The translations under genes and the position numbers were made by a program. The notes below the pieces were generated by a model. It was not told where the DNA came from. It was given only the letters and a program-made list of their open reading frames with translations, and searched no databases. A stretch of 62,806 bases of DNA from contig JBGANF010000038.1 of assembly GCA_044222475.1 (NCBI GenBank), forward strand, positions 1 to 62,806, read 5' to 3'. The first letter of the stretch is position 1. Every line of letters starts with the position of its first letter. Shown here one piece after another: positions 36,263 through 46,193 of the stretch. The DNA comes from Polyangiaceae bacterium. Lineage in GTDB: Bacteria; Myxococcota_A; Polyangia; Polyangiales; Polyangiaceae.

Positions 36263-39200
36263 GGCGTCGAGAGGATCTTCTTCGCCGCTTCGCGAACGCG
36301 AGGCTCGGCGTCCTTGTCCGCGATGTCGCGCGCGACGGCGACGGCGGCGGGGCGGTCGAACGACGCGAGCGCGACGAGCGCGGCCTCGCGAACGAGTGCG
36401 TACGCATCGTCCTTCGCGGCCTTCGCGAGCGGCGCCGAAGACTCCTTCGATCCGGAGGCGCCCAGCCGACCGAGGGCCTGCGCGGCGAGGACGCGCACCG
36501 CCCAGTTGCGGTGGTTTCCGAGGAGCTTCCCGACCGCGGCAGCGGCGGCGGGATCGGGCCGAGCGCCGACGGCAGCGAGCGCGACGCGAACGACGCCTTC
36601 GTCGTCGTCGTCGATGGCCTTCACGACCGCGGCTTGTGCCTCGGGGCTGGAGCCATGGGCGAGGAAGACCACCGCCTTCGTGCGGAGCGCGGCGTTCGGG
36701 TGCTTCGCGAGAGGAACGACATATCCCTCGAGGCTGCGGGCGAGATCCTTGGCCTTCGCCGCGAGCGGTGGCGCGGCACCGTCGAGGACGAACGGCTTGA
36801 GCTGGCCTTCGCCGACGTCGACCGAGTCGAGCACGGCGCGCGCGCGGTCCGCCGACGTCGCGAGGGCGAGGTGCGCCGCGGTCTGGAGCAGCTCGCCGTA
36901 CTTGAGGAACGCGGCCGATCGATCCTTCTCGGCTGCGTCGCGCGGGATGAGCCGATCGAGGGAGGCCTCGACGTCGAGCGTGCCGTCGGGGATCGGGAGC
37001 ACGTCGACCGGGGTCTTGATGAGGCTCGGCGTCGCGAGGAGAACCAACGCGGCGGCGCCGGCCCGCTTGAGACCGTCGGCGGCGGTGCGCGCGCGCATGC
37101 TGTCGGGATCGCCGCCGGCGAACACGGCGTCCGCCATGGCCGAGAGCGCAGCCTTGCCGCCGGGCGGGTCGGCGCTCTTCGCCGCGCCCATGCGGGCGAG
37201 CGCCATGATCGCGAGCTCGCGGGGGAGGGCGTCGGGTCCTTGCGCGAGCGCGAGCAACGTCGGCGTCTCGCTCTCCGCGCCGAGCTCCCCGAGCGCGTAC
37301 GCCGCCGCTGCGCGGGCGACGTTGCCGCCGTCCGCGCTGCGGGCGATCGCCGCGATGTCGCCAGTGGCGGTCTTGTCCTTCAGGATGCCGATGCCGAGAA
37401 CGGCGAGCGCGCGGGCTTCGGGGGTGCCCTTCTTGGCCAGGATGCGGAGCATCGGCAACGCGCGTCGATCGCCGACGCGAGCGACGCCCCACACCGCTGC
37501 GATCGCGACCGGGTCGGCGGGGATCGCGTCGTCACCGGCCGTCTTCGGGAAGAGGTGCGCCTCGTACTTCGGGAGGAGCGCGGGATCCTTCAGCCCGCCG
37601 CAAGCGATCATGGCCCGGACGCGGAGCGACATGTCCGCCGTGCCGGTCGCGAACGCGAAGAGCGCCGCACCGGCGTTCTTGTTCTGGACGTAGCCGAGCA
37701 CGTCGATCGCGATGCGCTGTTGCGCCGGATCTCCGTCGGCGAGAGCGTCGAGCAGCGGCTTCACCGCGCGGCCCCCGATGCGCACGAGCGCGGCGCGCGC
37801 GTCGTCCGCGTCCTTGCCTTCACCGTGACGCACGCGCTGCACCAGCGCGAACGTGAGGTTGCCGTAGATCTCGACGAGGAGGCGGCGATAGATCGTTCGC
37901 TGCGGGTTGCCGATCGCGAGCGGGAGCAGATCCTGCTCGAGCGACTCCAGCGTGCCCTTGCCGAGGTTGATCTGCATCGAGAGGCGCGAGGCGCGGGCCA
38001 CGAGCTCCTCGTCCGGAGCGCCGCGGATGACGCGGCGGAACAGGCGATCGGCCTCGTCGCTCTGGCCCTTGGAGAGGAGCAGATCGGCGAGCTCGAAGTA
38101 CACGATGTACAGGCGCTCGTTCTTGGCGATCGCCGCGCGGAACTCCTGGATCGCGTGATCCGTGTCCTGCCGCTGGCGGTACATCGCGCCGAGGCGGCGG
38201 TGACCTTCGGCGTCGTCGGGGTTGAGCTCGACGGCCTTGGCGGCGTAGCGGATCGCGTCGTCGTCCTTGTAGAGCTGGAGCGCGTACTGCGCCATGCGCT
38301 GGTAGAGCTGGCGTGCCTGCTTCGGGTCGACGATGAGGAGCTTCTCGAGCACCGCGATCGCGTCTTGGATCTTGTTCTCCATGACGAGGACGCGCTCGAG
38401 CGCGAGGTACGTGTCGGCGTCGCCCGGGGCGAGATCGATGACCTTGCGCAGGGTGGTCTCGGCGTCGGCGATCCGGCGAAGGTGAAGCTGCGCCTCGGCG
38501 AGGGTGCGTCCCGCTTCGACGTCCGGCGGGTTGGCGCCGAACTGCTGCTGGAGGATGGGGAGCTGCTGCTCGAGGATCTTCTCGAGGCCCCACAGCGTGA
38601 CGATGTGCGTGCGCGACTCGCGCGCGAGGATCTTGTCGTTCGACTGCTTCGCCTTGTCGGCGAGCTCTTGCCAGATCTGACGCGCACCGCGGATGTCGCG
38701 CTTGCGCTCGAGCGCGGCGGCGAGCTGCTTCTTGTAGACGATGTTCGCCGGCTCGAGCTGCACCGCTTCACGGAACGCAGCGAGCGCGTCGTCCGGCATG
38801 TCGTGCTCGAGGTACACGTCACCGAGCGCCGACAGAGCACGCGCGCGCGGCGTGATGGTGGTGAGGATGCGCTTCCACGTCTGCACCGCGAGCGCGGTGT
38901 TCCCATCTTGGTAATACCGGTCACCGAGATCGACGAGGTGCGACGGGTCGGTCCCGCCGACGGTCGCGAGGCGCGTGAGCACGCGCAGCGACTTTTCGTT
39001 CTCGCCGATGCGCGCGTAGAAGTCCGCCAAACGCGAGAGCGACTCTTCGTCGTTTTGGGCGCGGGCCTCGAGATCGGTGAGGAGCTTGAGCGCTCGCGTG
39101 CGATCCCCGCGCTGGATGAGCGCTTCGCACTGGTCGAACACGAACTGCGGGTTGTTCGGAGCCGCGCGGATGAGCGCTTCGTACTCGGCGATCGCCTTGT

Positions 39201-40326
39201 CGAGCTCGCCTTGCGACTGGAGCAGGTGAACCATCTTGAGGCGCAGGTCGATCTGCCGCGGATCGACGGCGAGCGCCTTGCGGTAGGTCGCGATCGCGGC
39301 GTTCGCGTCGCCGGTTTCCTCGTAGAGCTTGCCGAGCAACGAGAGGCGCGCGAAATCGTTCGGGTGCTCGTCCTCGAGCTGCTTGATCAAGATCGGCAGC
39401 TGCTGATCGGCGCGGTAGAGCTCGGCGATCGTCTCGTAGATCTCGGCGCGGACGGAGGCCTCTTGGCCGGCGGTCGCGAGCGCCTTCTTGAGCGTCTCGA
39501 GCGCTTCCTTGTTCTGGTGTGCCTTGGCCTGCGCCTTCCCGAGCTCCTTGAGAGCCGGAGCCAACACGCGGTTGTCACCTTGTGAAGCGGTGACGAGGTC
39601 TTTGAACTCGTCGACGGCTTTCTCGTACTCGCCGCGCGCGAAGTACTCGCGCCCGAGCTCTCCGCGAACGTAGAGGCTCGTCGGGTTCAGCTTCACGAGC
39701 TGCGCGTGATAGCCCTTCGCGCCTGGCCAGTCCTTCAGGTCGAGCGCGATCGCCATCAACGTGCGGAGCGTGAGCTCCTTGTCGGTCTGGGCGGTCTGCA
39801 GCGCGAGCCCTTGTTCGTACCGTTGCCGCGCGAGCGCGACGTCACCGTGATCTTGAAGCGCGTGCGCGAGCGCCAGGACCGCCGAGGGATCGTTCGCCTT
39901 CAGCGCGATCGCCTTCTCGTAGATCTTGATGGCGTCGGCGATGCGGCCTTCGATCTTGTAGATGCCCGCGAGCGTGACCGTGGCCGCGTACTGCTCGGCG
40001 CCGGCCGCGGCGGACCGAGTCTCGAAGTCCTTGATGAGCGCGTCGAGCTTGCCGTCCTTCTCGCGGTAGAGCTGCGCGAGGCGCTGGAGGGGGAAGGGCG
40101 ACCCCGGCTGCGAGAGGACGATCTTCGTGTACTTGTCGATCTGCGCCTGAGGGCCGAGCACCGGCGGGGGCGGCGGATGGCCGGGCGGCGGGTGACCGGG
40201 CGGGGGATGGCCCGGCGGCGGCGGGTGGCGCCCGCTCGGGTCGAAGTCCGCGTAAGCCATGCCAGAACACGTGGCCAACGCGACGAGAGCCGCGAGCGAC
40301 GCAAGTGCGGTGCGAGGACGGAGCAC
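36259..40326 (-). CDS. Large secreted TPR + HEAT-repeat protein
   Basis: Signal peptide, (PPPGH)n linker, many TPR motifs, then HEAT motifs (VREAA...AL). Confidence 0.85.
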   Translation of the reverse strand: MLRPRTALASLAALVALATCSGMAYADFDPSGRHPPPPGHPPPGHPPPGHPPPPPVLGPQAQIDKYTKIVLSQPGSPFPLQRLAQLYREKDGKLDALIKDFETRSAAAGAEQYAATVTLAGIYKIEGRIADAIKIYEKAIALKANDPSAVLALAHALQDHGDVALARQRYEQGLALQTAQTDKELTLRTLMAIALDLKDWPGAKGYHAQLVKLNPTSLYVRGELGREYFARGEYEKAVDEFKDLVTASQGDNRVLAPALKELGKAQAKAHQNKEALETLKKALATAGQEASVRAEIYETIAELYRADQQLPILIKQLEDEHPNDFARLSLLGKLYEETGDANAAIATYRKALAVDPRQIDLRLKMVHLLQSQGELDKAIAEYEALIRAAPNNPQFVFDQCEALIQRGDRTRALKLLTDLEARAQNDEESLSRLADFYARIGENEKSLRVLTRLATVGGTDPSHLVDLGDRYYQDGNTALAVQTWKRILTTITPRARALSALGDVYLEHDMPDDALAAFREAVQLEPANIVYKKQLAAALERKRDIRGARQIWQELADKAKQSNDKILARESRTHIVTLWGLEKILEQQLPILQQQFGANPPDVEAGRTLAEAQLHLRRIADAETTLRKVIDLAPGDADTYLALERVLVMENKIQDAIAVLEKLLIVDPKQARQLYQRMAQYALQLYKDDDAIRYAAKAVELNPDDAEGHRRLGAMYRQRQDTDHAIQEFRAAIAKNERLYIVYFELADLLLSKGQSDEADRLFRRVIRGAPDEELVARASRLSMQINLGKGTLESLEQDLLPLAIGNPQRTIYRRLLVEIYGNLTFALVQRVRHGEGKDADDARAALVRIGGRAVKPLLDALADGDPAQQRIAIDVLGYVQNKNAGAALFAFATGTADMSLRVRAMIACGGLKDPALLPKYEAHLFPKTAGDDAIPADPVAIAAVWGVARVGDRRALPMLRILAKKGTPEARALAVLGIGILKDKTATGDIAAIARSADGGNVARAAAAYALGELGAESETPTLLALAQGPDALPRELAIMALARMGAAKSADPPGGKAALSAMADAVFAGGDPDSMRARTAADGLKRAGAAALVLLATPSLIKTPVDVLPIPDGTLDVEASLDRLIPRDAAEKDRSAAFLKYGELLQTAAHLALATSADRARAVLDSVDVGEGQLKPFVLDGAAPPLAAKAKDLARSLEGYVVPLAKHPNAALRTKAVVFLAHGSSPEAQAAVVKAIDDDDEGVVRVALAAVGARPDPAAAAAVGKLLGNHRNWAVRVLAAQALGRLGASGSKESSAPLAKAAKDDAYALVREAALVALASFDRPAAVAVARDIADKDAEPRVREAAKKILSTP

Positions 40327-40449
40327 GGTGGAAGCTTAGACGCGAATGAGGGGGTTGGCACTGGGTGGATTCGACCATCCATCCACCTGCGCTGGACGTA
40401 CGTTCATCGCCGAAGTTCTCCCCAATATTGGCGTGCTAGCTTCCACGCC

Positions 40450-41496
40450 GTGCGAGCGTTCGTTCTCGGTGTGGTGACGGCGACGGTGATCGGCTGCGGC
40501 GGTGGGATGAGCGGAGCCGGCGGGGGCGGAGCGAACGACACCGCGAACCAGCTGGCGCTCGACACCGCTCTCCAGACGATGATCCTCGCCCACGCGCGTG
40601 ACGTCTGTCGGACGCGAAGCACCTGCGGCGCAGCCGAGACCCAGCTACCGTTCCCCCGGCCGGCCGAGGAGAAACGAGACGCGAGCTGGGCGATCGATCA
40701 CCTCGGCGATCCGGATCCGAACGACGCGCTCGCGACGGTGATCGCCACCGCCGATCCGACCGCGTACCCGTCGGTTCGCAAGCTCGCATCGTCGCCGGGC
40801 CGCACGCGAGTCACCGCGCTCGCGACCCTCGGTGCCGTTCGCGACGAAGGGGCGGTCGACGTGCTGCGCACCGGGCTGCTCGCCGACGACGTGATGGCTC
40901 GCGACGCGTCGGCGTGGTCGCTCGGCCGACTCGGCTCGGTGGCGAGCGCGGTGCTCCCGCAGCTGCGCGCCGCGGCTCGCGACGACGCGACGTTCGCGGT
41001 TCGCTGCCGCGCCGCCGACGCGATCGCGTCGATCGCGGGCGAGCGGGTCGACCCCACCTGGGTCATCGACCCCGAGGACCTGTGGGCGATCGGCACGCCA
41101 CCGCCGAGCGGCGCCTGCGCCGAGGTCGCGCAAACGCTGTGCACGCCGATGGCCGTCGAGATCGACGGCGCGTGTCTCGTGGGTCTCAACTCGGGAGACG
41201 CGGGCGGCGCGGTCGCGACGTTCCCCAAGGAAGCCCTCGAGACCGCACCGCACGGGACCGCGGTCGACGGGGCGCCGACGGACCCGCTCCAGCTCGTCAC
41301 GGTAAGCGGCGAACCGTGGCTCGTGAGCGGCCGCGCGGTGCATCGCATCAGCCGCGATCAAGCGGGTCGTCTCCGCGCCGACAAGCTGGCCGACCTGAAG
41401 GGTGTCCCAACTTGGTACCGCGTCGACGGCGGGACGCTCGTCGTCCAGACGGCCGATCGCGTCGTCTACCGGGTCACGAAGCGGGGCGCTCGATGA
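40450..41496 (+). CDS. HEAT-repeat lipoprotein
   Basis: VIGC lipobox; ARDASAWSLGRLG and VRCRAADAI motifs. Confidence 0.65.
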   Translation: MRAFVLGVVTATVIGCGGGMSGAGGGGANDTANQLALDTALQTMILAHARDVCRTRSTCGAAETQLPFPRPAEEKRDASWAIDHLGDPDPNDALATVIATADPTAYPSVRKLASSPGRTRVTALATLGAVRDEGAVDVLRTGLLADDVMARDASAWSLGRLGSVASAVLPQLRAAARDDATFAVRCRAADAIASIAGERVDPTWVIDPEDLWAIGTPPPSGACAEVAQTLCTPMAVEIDGACLVGLNSGDAGGAVATFPKEALETAPHGTAVDGAPTDPLQLVTVSGEPWLVSGRAVHRISRDQAGRLRADKLADLKGVPTWYRVDGGTLVVQTADRVVYRVTKRGAR

Positions 41497-42689
41497 GCGC
41501 GCTCCACGCAGTCACCCTCGGCGGGTGGCTCCTGGTGGTCGTCTTCGCCGCCGTGTTCCGCAACCGCACGTTCGCGACGTTCGCCGGGGCGTTCACCGGG
41601 ATCTACTCGCTCATCGCCCTCGGGATCGCGCCGTGCTTCGGCGAGAACCTCGTCGTGGCGCGCACGTTCCTGGTGCTGCACGCCCTCGTGTACGTCAACT
41701 TCGCTGGTCTCTCACGGCCGGCCATGCGCCCGCTCGCGTATCGGCTGCTGGTGAGCTGGCCGGCGTCGTTCTTCGCCGCCGGTACGCTGCTCGCGCTCCC
41801 GTGGGCGATCGCGAGCGCGCTCGGGTTCCATCCGTGGGCGCCGTGGCTCCCGTACGTCCTCGCGGCGTTCGGCATGTTCCAGTCGCTCGTGGCGCGCCGC
41901 GAAGAGATCGACTTGGTGATCGGCGGCGAGCACATCGAAGGTGTCGTGCCTCATCCGCACGGCAGCGATCGGGAGGAGCGGCCGCTGCGCGTCGTCCAGA
42001 TCACCGATCCGCACATCGGGCCGTTCATGTCGGTCGAGCGACTGCGCGGCATCGCCGAGCGGGCGGTCGCTGCGGATCCCGACTTGGTACTGCTCACTGG
42101 CGATTTTCTCACGATGGAGTCGCAGCGAGATCCCGCGCTCCTCGAGCGTGCGTTCGAGCCCCTCCGCGCGCTGCGGGGCCGAGTCTTCGCGTGCCGCGGG
42201 AATCATGATCACGAGGCCCCCGTCACCGTCGCGCGGGCGCTCGAGGCCAACGACGTCCGCCTCCTGGTCGACGAAGCGGTGACGGTCGAGACGGCGGCCG
42301 GGCCGGTGCAGATCGTCGGCATGGACTTCGTATGGCGCGAGCGCGCGGTCCACCTCGAGCGGGTGTGCGCGAAGCATCCCCGGCGCGACGGACACGTGAG
42401 GCTCATCCTGCTCCATGATCCGGGCGCGTTCCGTCACTTGCCCGAGGGCCACGGCGATCTCGTGCTGTCGGGTCACACGCACGGCGGCCAGGTCGGGCTC
42501 CTCAGCCTCGGCTTCTCCTGGACGTTCCTCCGGCTCTTCGGCACTCGCATCCCCGACCACGGCTTCTGGGCACGCGGTCGTGATCGGATGTACGTGCACC
42601 GCGGAACGGGTCACTACGGATTTCCGCTCCGCCTCGGCGTACCGGCGGAGGAGAGCGTCATCCGCGTTCACCGCGCCACGCGCGACTGA
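41493..42689 (+). CDS. Membrane metallophosphoesterase (YkuE-like)
   Basis: TM N-terminus; TDPHIG, TGDF, GNHD, LLHDP and SGHTHGGQ motifs. Confidence 0.92.
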   Translation: MSALHAVTLGGWLLVVVFAAVFRNRTFATFAGAFTGIYSLIALGIAPCFGENLVVARTFLVLHALVYVNFAGLSRPAMRPLAYRLLVSWPASFFAAGTLLALPWAIASALGFHPWAPWLPYVLAAFGMFQSLVARREEIDLVIGGEHIEGVVPHPHGSDREERPLRVVQITDPHIGPFMSVERLRGIAERAVAADPDLVLLTGDFLTMESQRDPALLERAFEPLRALRGRVFACRGNHDHEAPVTVARALEANDVRLLVDEAVTVETAAGPVQIVGMDFVWRERAVHLERVCAKHPRRDGHVRLILLHDPGAFRHLPEGHGDLVLSGHTHGGQVGLLSLGFSWTFLRLFGTRIPDHGFWARGRDRMYVHRGTGHYGFPLRLGVPAEESVIRVHRATRD

Positions 42690-42858
42690 TCACGGCGGAG
42701 GCGCGAGCTCGATCGGCACGCTCCGGCACATGCACTCTGCAAAGAGCTCACGAGCGCTCACAATCGACCGAACGGACGACCGGCCACCGATTGCGCAATG
42801 ATATCTACGACATGGCGCCCCTATTCCCAAAGTGAGACAAGAGCTACAGTGATGGTGA

Positions 42859-44259
42859 ATGGAGGGTACACAACTTCTCCAGCCCGGCGATCGTGTCGCC
42901 GAGCGCTACGTCGTCGAGCGCCTCTTGGCGACCGGCGGAATGGGAGCAGTGTACGTTGCCGTCCACACCGACCTCGGCACCGAGGTCGCGATCAAGGTCT
43001 TGTCGACCGGTCACGACGACCTGACGCTCGCCACGCGCTTCCTTCGCGAGGCGCGCTCTGCCGCGCGGCTCAAGAGCGAGCACATCGCCCGTGTCTTCGA
43101 CTTCGGAGTGCTCCCCAGCGGGCACCCGTTCATGGCGCTCGAGCTCCTCGCTGGTGTCGACGTCGACGGCGTGCTCGAGCTCGGTCCGATCCCGGTGCAG
43201 TCGGCCGTCGACTACGTGCTTCAGGCGTGTGAGGGCCTCGCGGTGGCGCACGCCGCGGGCATCGTTCACCGCGACATCAAGCCGTCGAACCTCTTCGTCA
43301 CGTCCCGGTCCGACGGCTCGCCGCTGATCAAGATCCTCGACTTCGGGATCGCGAAGGATGCGTCGGACTCGAAGAAGACGACCGGCGGCATGGGCTCGCC
43401 GTACTACATGTCGCCCGAGCAAGTCCGTGCCGCGGCCACCGTGGATGCTCGAACCGACGTGTGGGCACTCGGCGTCACCCTGTACGAGATGCTCAGCTGC
43501 CAGCGTCCGTTCGAAGGGACGATCGCTTCTCAGGTTTGCGTCGCGATCGTCAACGACCCGCCGACCCCACTCGACAGCGTCGTTTCCGGGCTTCCACCGG
43601 ATCTCGTCGCGATCATCCACCGCTGCCTCGAGAAGAAGGTGGACGACCGGCCGGCCGGCGTCGGCGAGCTGGCGGTGCTGCTCGCTCCGTTCGCGTCGCC
43701 GGAGGGCGTGCTCCACGCCGAGCGTGCAGCGCGCATCTCGACCGGGCGAACGAGCCTGGTCTCGGTGCCGCCGAGCGGTGTGGGGTCGGTTCCTCCGGGA
43801 GAGCGGATCTCGCAGTCCCGCCACACGCCTTCCACCGCGCTTCGCCGCGTCACTCCGCAAAACTCGGAGACGATGCCCGCGCTGTCGAGCCGGCCCCCGC
43901 CGCCGCGACGATCGCGCGCGATGATCGGCGTGTTCGTCGGTCTGGCGGCCATCGTGATCCTCGCGGGGGCCGCGTTCGTCGTTCGCGATCGTGCGGTCAG
44001 CGGGTCGGTAGGCGCCGCGCTGCCCTCCGCGATCCCGACCACGCCACCACCGCTCACGACCGCGACGACCGTCGAGGTGCCCTCCGCGACCGCGACATCG
44101 TCCACCGTGTCTGCGCCCGACACCGCGATCGCGACCGCGTCGACCGCCGCGACCACCACGGCCAAGCCGGTCACCACCCGACCCACCTCCTCGACCAAGG
44201 CGAGCGCCTCCGCGCGGCCCGGCGCCACAGGTTTCGATGGTACGGAAGATCGGAACTGA
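42859..44259 (+). CDS. Hanks-type Ser/Thr protein kinase
   Basis: GGMGAV, VAIK, HRDIKPSN, DFG, YMSPE and DVWALG; TM helix, Thr/Ser-rich tail. Confidence 0.96.
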   Translation: MEGTQLLQPGDRVAERYVVERLLATGGMGAVYVAVHTDLGTEVAIKVLSTGHDDLTLATRFLREARSAARLKSEHIARVFDFGVLPSGHPFMALELLAGVDVDGVLELGPIPVQSAVDYVLQACEGLAVAHAAGIVHRDIKPSNLFVTSRSDGSPLIKILDFGIAKDASDSKKTTGGMGSPYYMSPEQVRAAATVDARTDVWALGVTLYEMLSCQRPFEGTIASQVCVAIVNDPPTPLDSVVSGLPPDLVAIIHRCLEKKVDDRPAGVGELAVLLAPFASPEGVLHAERAARISTGRTSLVSVPPSGVGSVPPGERISQSRHTPSTALRRVTPQNSETMPALSSRPPPPRRSRAMIGVFVGLAAIVILAGAAFVVRDRAVSGSVGAALPSAIPTTPPPLTTATTVEVPSATATSSTVSAPDTAIATASTAATTTAKPVTTRPTSSTKASASARPGATGFDGTEDRN

Positions 44260-44725
44260 GCACATCGCCGTCCTCGCGCTCGCACTCGTCGGGTGCCGCG
44301 CGGTCATCGGGATCGAGGAGCTTCGCGTCGCGGACGACGCCTCCGTCGTCGTGGATGGGAGTAGTCCCGACGGTGGCGTCGACGTCGTCGTCGTCAACGA
44401 CTCGGGCGCCGACGTCGCCGTCCCCGACGGATCGGAGCCGACGCTCGGTGAGTGCAACCTCTGGTGCCGTACCGATGGTGGCGCGGGAGCGGGGGCGAGC
44501 GCGTTCTCGGCCGAGATGCGATCGTGCATGTGTCAGGGAGGCGTCCTCAAGGCGTGCGGCTCGGAGTGCGTCGGCCTGTGCCCGAACGGGACTCCTCCCT
44601 CGCCGAACTGCGAAACCTGCATGCTGAGGCAAGTGCTCGAGGACAGCGGCGTCTGCGTGGCCAAGGTCGCGGGGTGCACGTCACCGTGCCAGTCGTTCGT
44701 CCAGTGCGTGAAGGGGTGCTTGTGA
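44237..44725 (+). CDS. Cys-rich lipoprotein
   Basis: LVGC lipobox; multiple CxxxC motifs. Confidence 0.75.
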   Translation: MVRKIGTEHIAVLALALVGCRAVIGIEELRVADDASVVVDGSSPDGGVDVVVVNDSGADVAVPDGSEPTLGECNLWCRTDGGAGAGASAFSAEMRSCMCQGGVLKACGSECVGLCPNGTPPSPNCETCMLRQVLEDSGVCVAKVAGCTSPCQSFVQCVKGCL

Positions 44726-45742
44726 GGCTTCGGGCTTCGGCCGTCGCCGTAGTGCTCCTCTGCGCGTCGGCGCGGGTGGCCCAGGCGGATCCGACGCCGC
44801 AGGAGAAGATCCTCGCGCAGTCGCTCTTCGACGACGGGCGCGCGAAGATGCAGGCCGGCGATTTCGCCGCCGCGTGCCCGAAGCTCGCCGAGAGCTACCG
44901 CCTCGATCCGGCGCCGGGCACGTTCCTCAACCTCGGGCTCTGCCACGAATCCGAGGGCCGTCTCGCGACGGCGTATGCGGAGCTCAGCGAAGCGCTCAGT
45001 CGGGCGATTCGCGACGGGCGCTCCGATCGCCAGAAGACGGCGCGCGAACACCTCGCCGCGATCGCGCCGCGGCTGTCGAAGCTCAAGCTCAGCGTAGGCG
45101 CGGGTGCGCCGCCGGACTTGAAGGTCGAGGTCGACGGGATCGCACTGGCGCGCGCCGCGTGGGACGTGGCAGTCCCGATGGATCCCGGGCAACACGTGCT
45201 CGTCGCGAGCGCGTCGGGGCGGGCAACACGTGCTCGTCGCGAGCGCGTCGGGGCGGTTGCCCAAGCAGATGCCGATCACCGTCGAAGCCGACGGCTCGAC
45301 GAAGGAGATCGAGATCGGTGAGCTCGAGGTCGATCCGAATTTTCACGCGGCCACGGCGACGCCGCCTCCTCCTCCGGTCGAGGCGCCGAAGCCACCTCCC
45401 GAGCCGCCGCCGAAGCGCTCGTCGCCCCTGCGCACGGTCGGCTTCGTGACGCTGGCCGCCGGCGGCGCCGGTCTGATCGCCGGCGGCATCTTCGGAGGCG
45501 TGGCCGCTTCCACGTGGTCCAGTGCGAAGGACAAATGCCCCAACGGTGCATGCCCGACGGATGCAACGGTCGCGGATGGTCGCCGGGCGGGGACGTTCGC
45601 CGACGTCGCCACCGTCTCGCTCATCGTAGGCGGCGTGCTCGCAGCCGCCGGCCTCGCGCTCGTGCTCTTCGCGCCTCGCCGCTCGGCGGCGGCGTGGGTG
45701 TCACCGACGCTCGGCGGCGTGACTGTCGGCGGCACGTTCTAG
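44722..45742 (+). pseudogene. Secreted TPR/PEGA-like protein frameshifted by a 34-bp tandem duplication
   Basis: ACPKLAESYRLDPAPGT...LGLC in ORF 44452..45321; C-terminal part in ORF 45230..45742; duplicate unit 45187-45220/45221-45254. Confidence 0.8.
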
Positions 45743-46057
45743 TCCGCGTCCCGTCCACCCGATTCGCGCCGCGAGGAACGACCCGAGGCCGCGCAGCACG
45801 GCCTCGCTGTACACGTCGCCGTGGAACGTCGCGTCCGGACCATCGACGCGGCGGATTCGCCACCAGCCGCTCCGGCACTCGACGAAGAGCCCCGCGCCGC
45901 ACGCGCACGAGGTCGCGCCTTCCGGTGGATCACCGTAGAACATCCCTCCGCACGCGGGGCACTCCGCGAGGGAGCTCCACCCGCCGTCGCACACGTGGAA
46001 GAGCTCGTACCAGCGCATCTCCTCCATCGTGCCGTGTGGTCCGACGAAGCAGGGCAA
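45701..46057 (-). CDS. Small Cys-containing (zinc-ribbon-like) hypothetical protein
   Basis: ECPACGG and SCACG motifs; fills an otherwise empty gap; TTG start. Confidence 0.35.
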   Translation of the reverse strand: MPCFVGPHGTMEEMRWYELFHVCDGGWSSLAECPACGGMFYGDPPEGATSCACGAGLFVECRSGWWRIRRVDGPDATFHGDVYSEAVLRGLGSFLAARIGWTGRGLERAADSHAAERR

Positions 46058-46193
46058 AAGCAGGCAGGCGCCTTCATTTTGGTCGGAGGTTTACGTTGTA
46101 GGTGCGTGCGGCTCGCACCCGACTGGAGAGATCCAACGAGGCCGGAGTGCTGATACGCTGGGCTGTCGGCTCTTTGCCGAACGAGGAGAGAGC

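Noticed and set aside
36511..39585. 1024-aa + strand ORF
   Set aside because: Antisense shadow of the TPR/HEAT gene.
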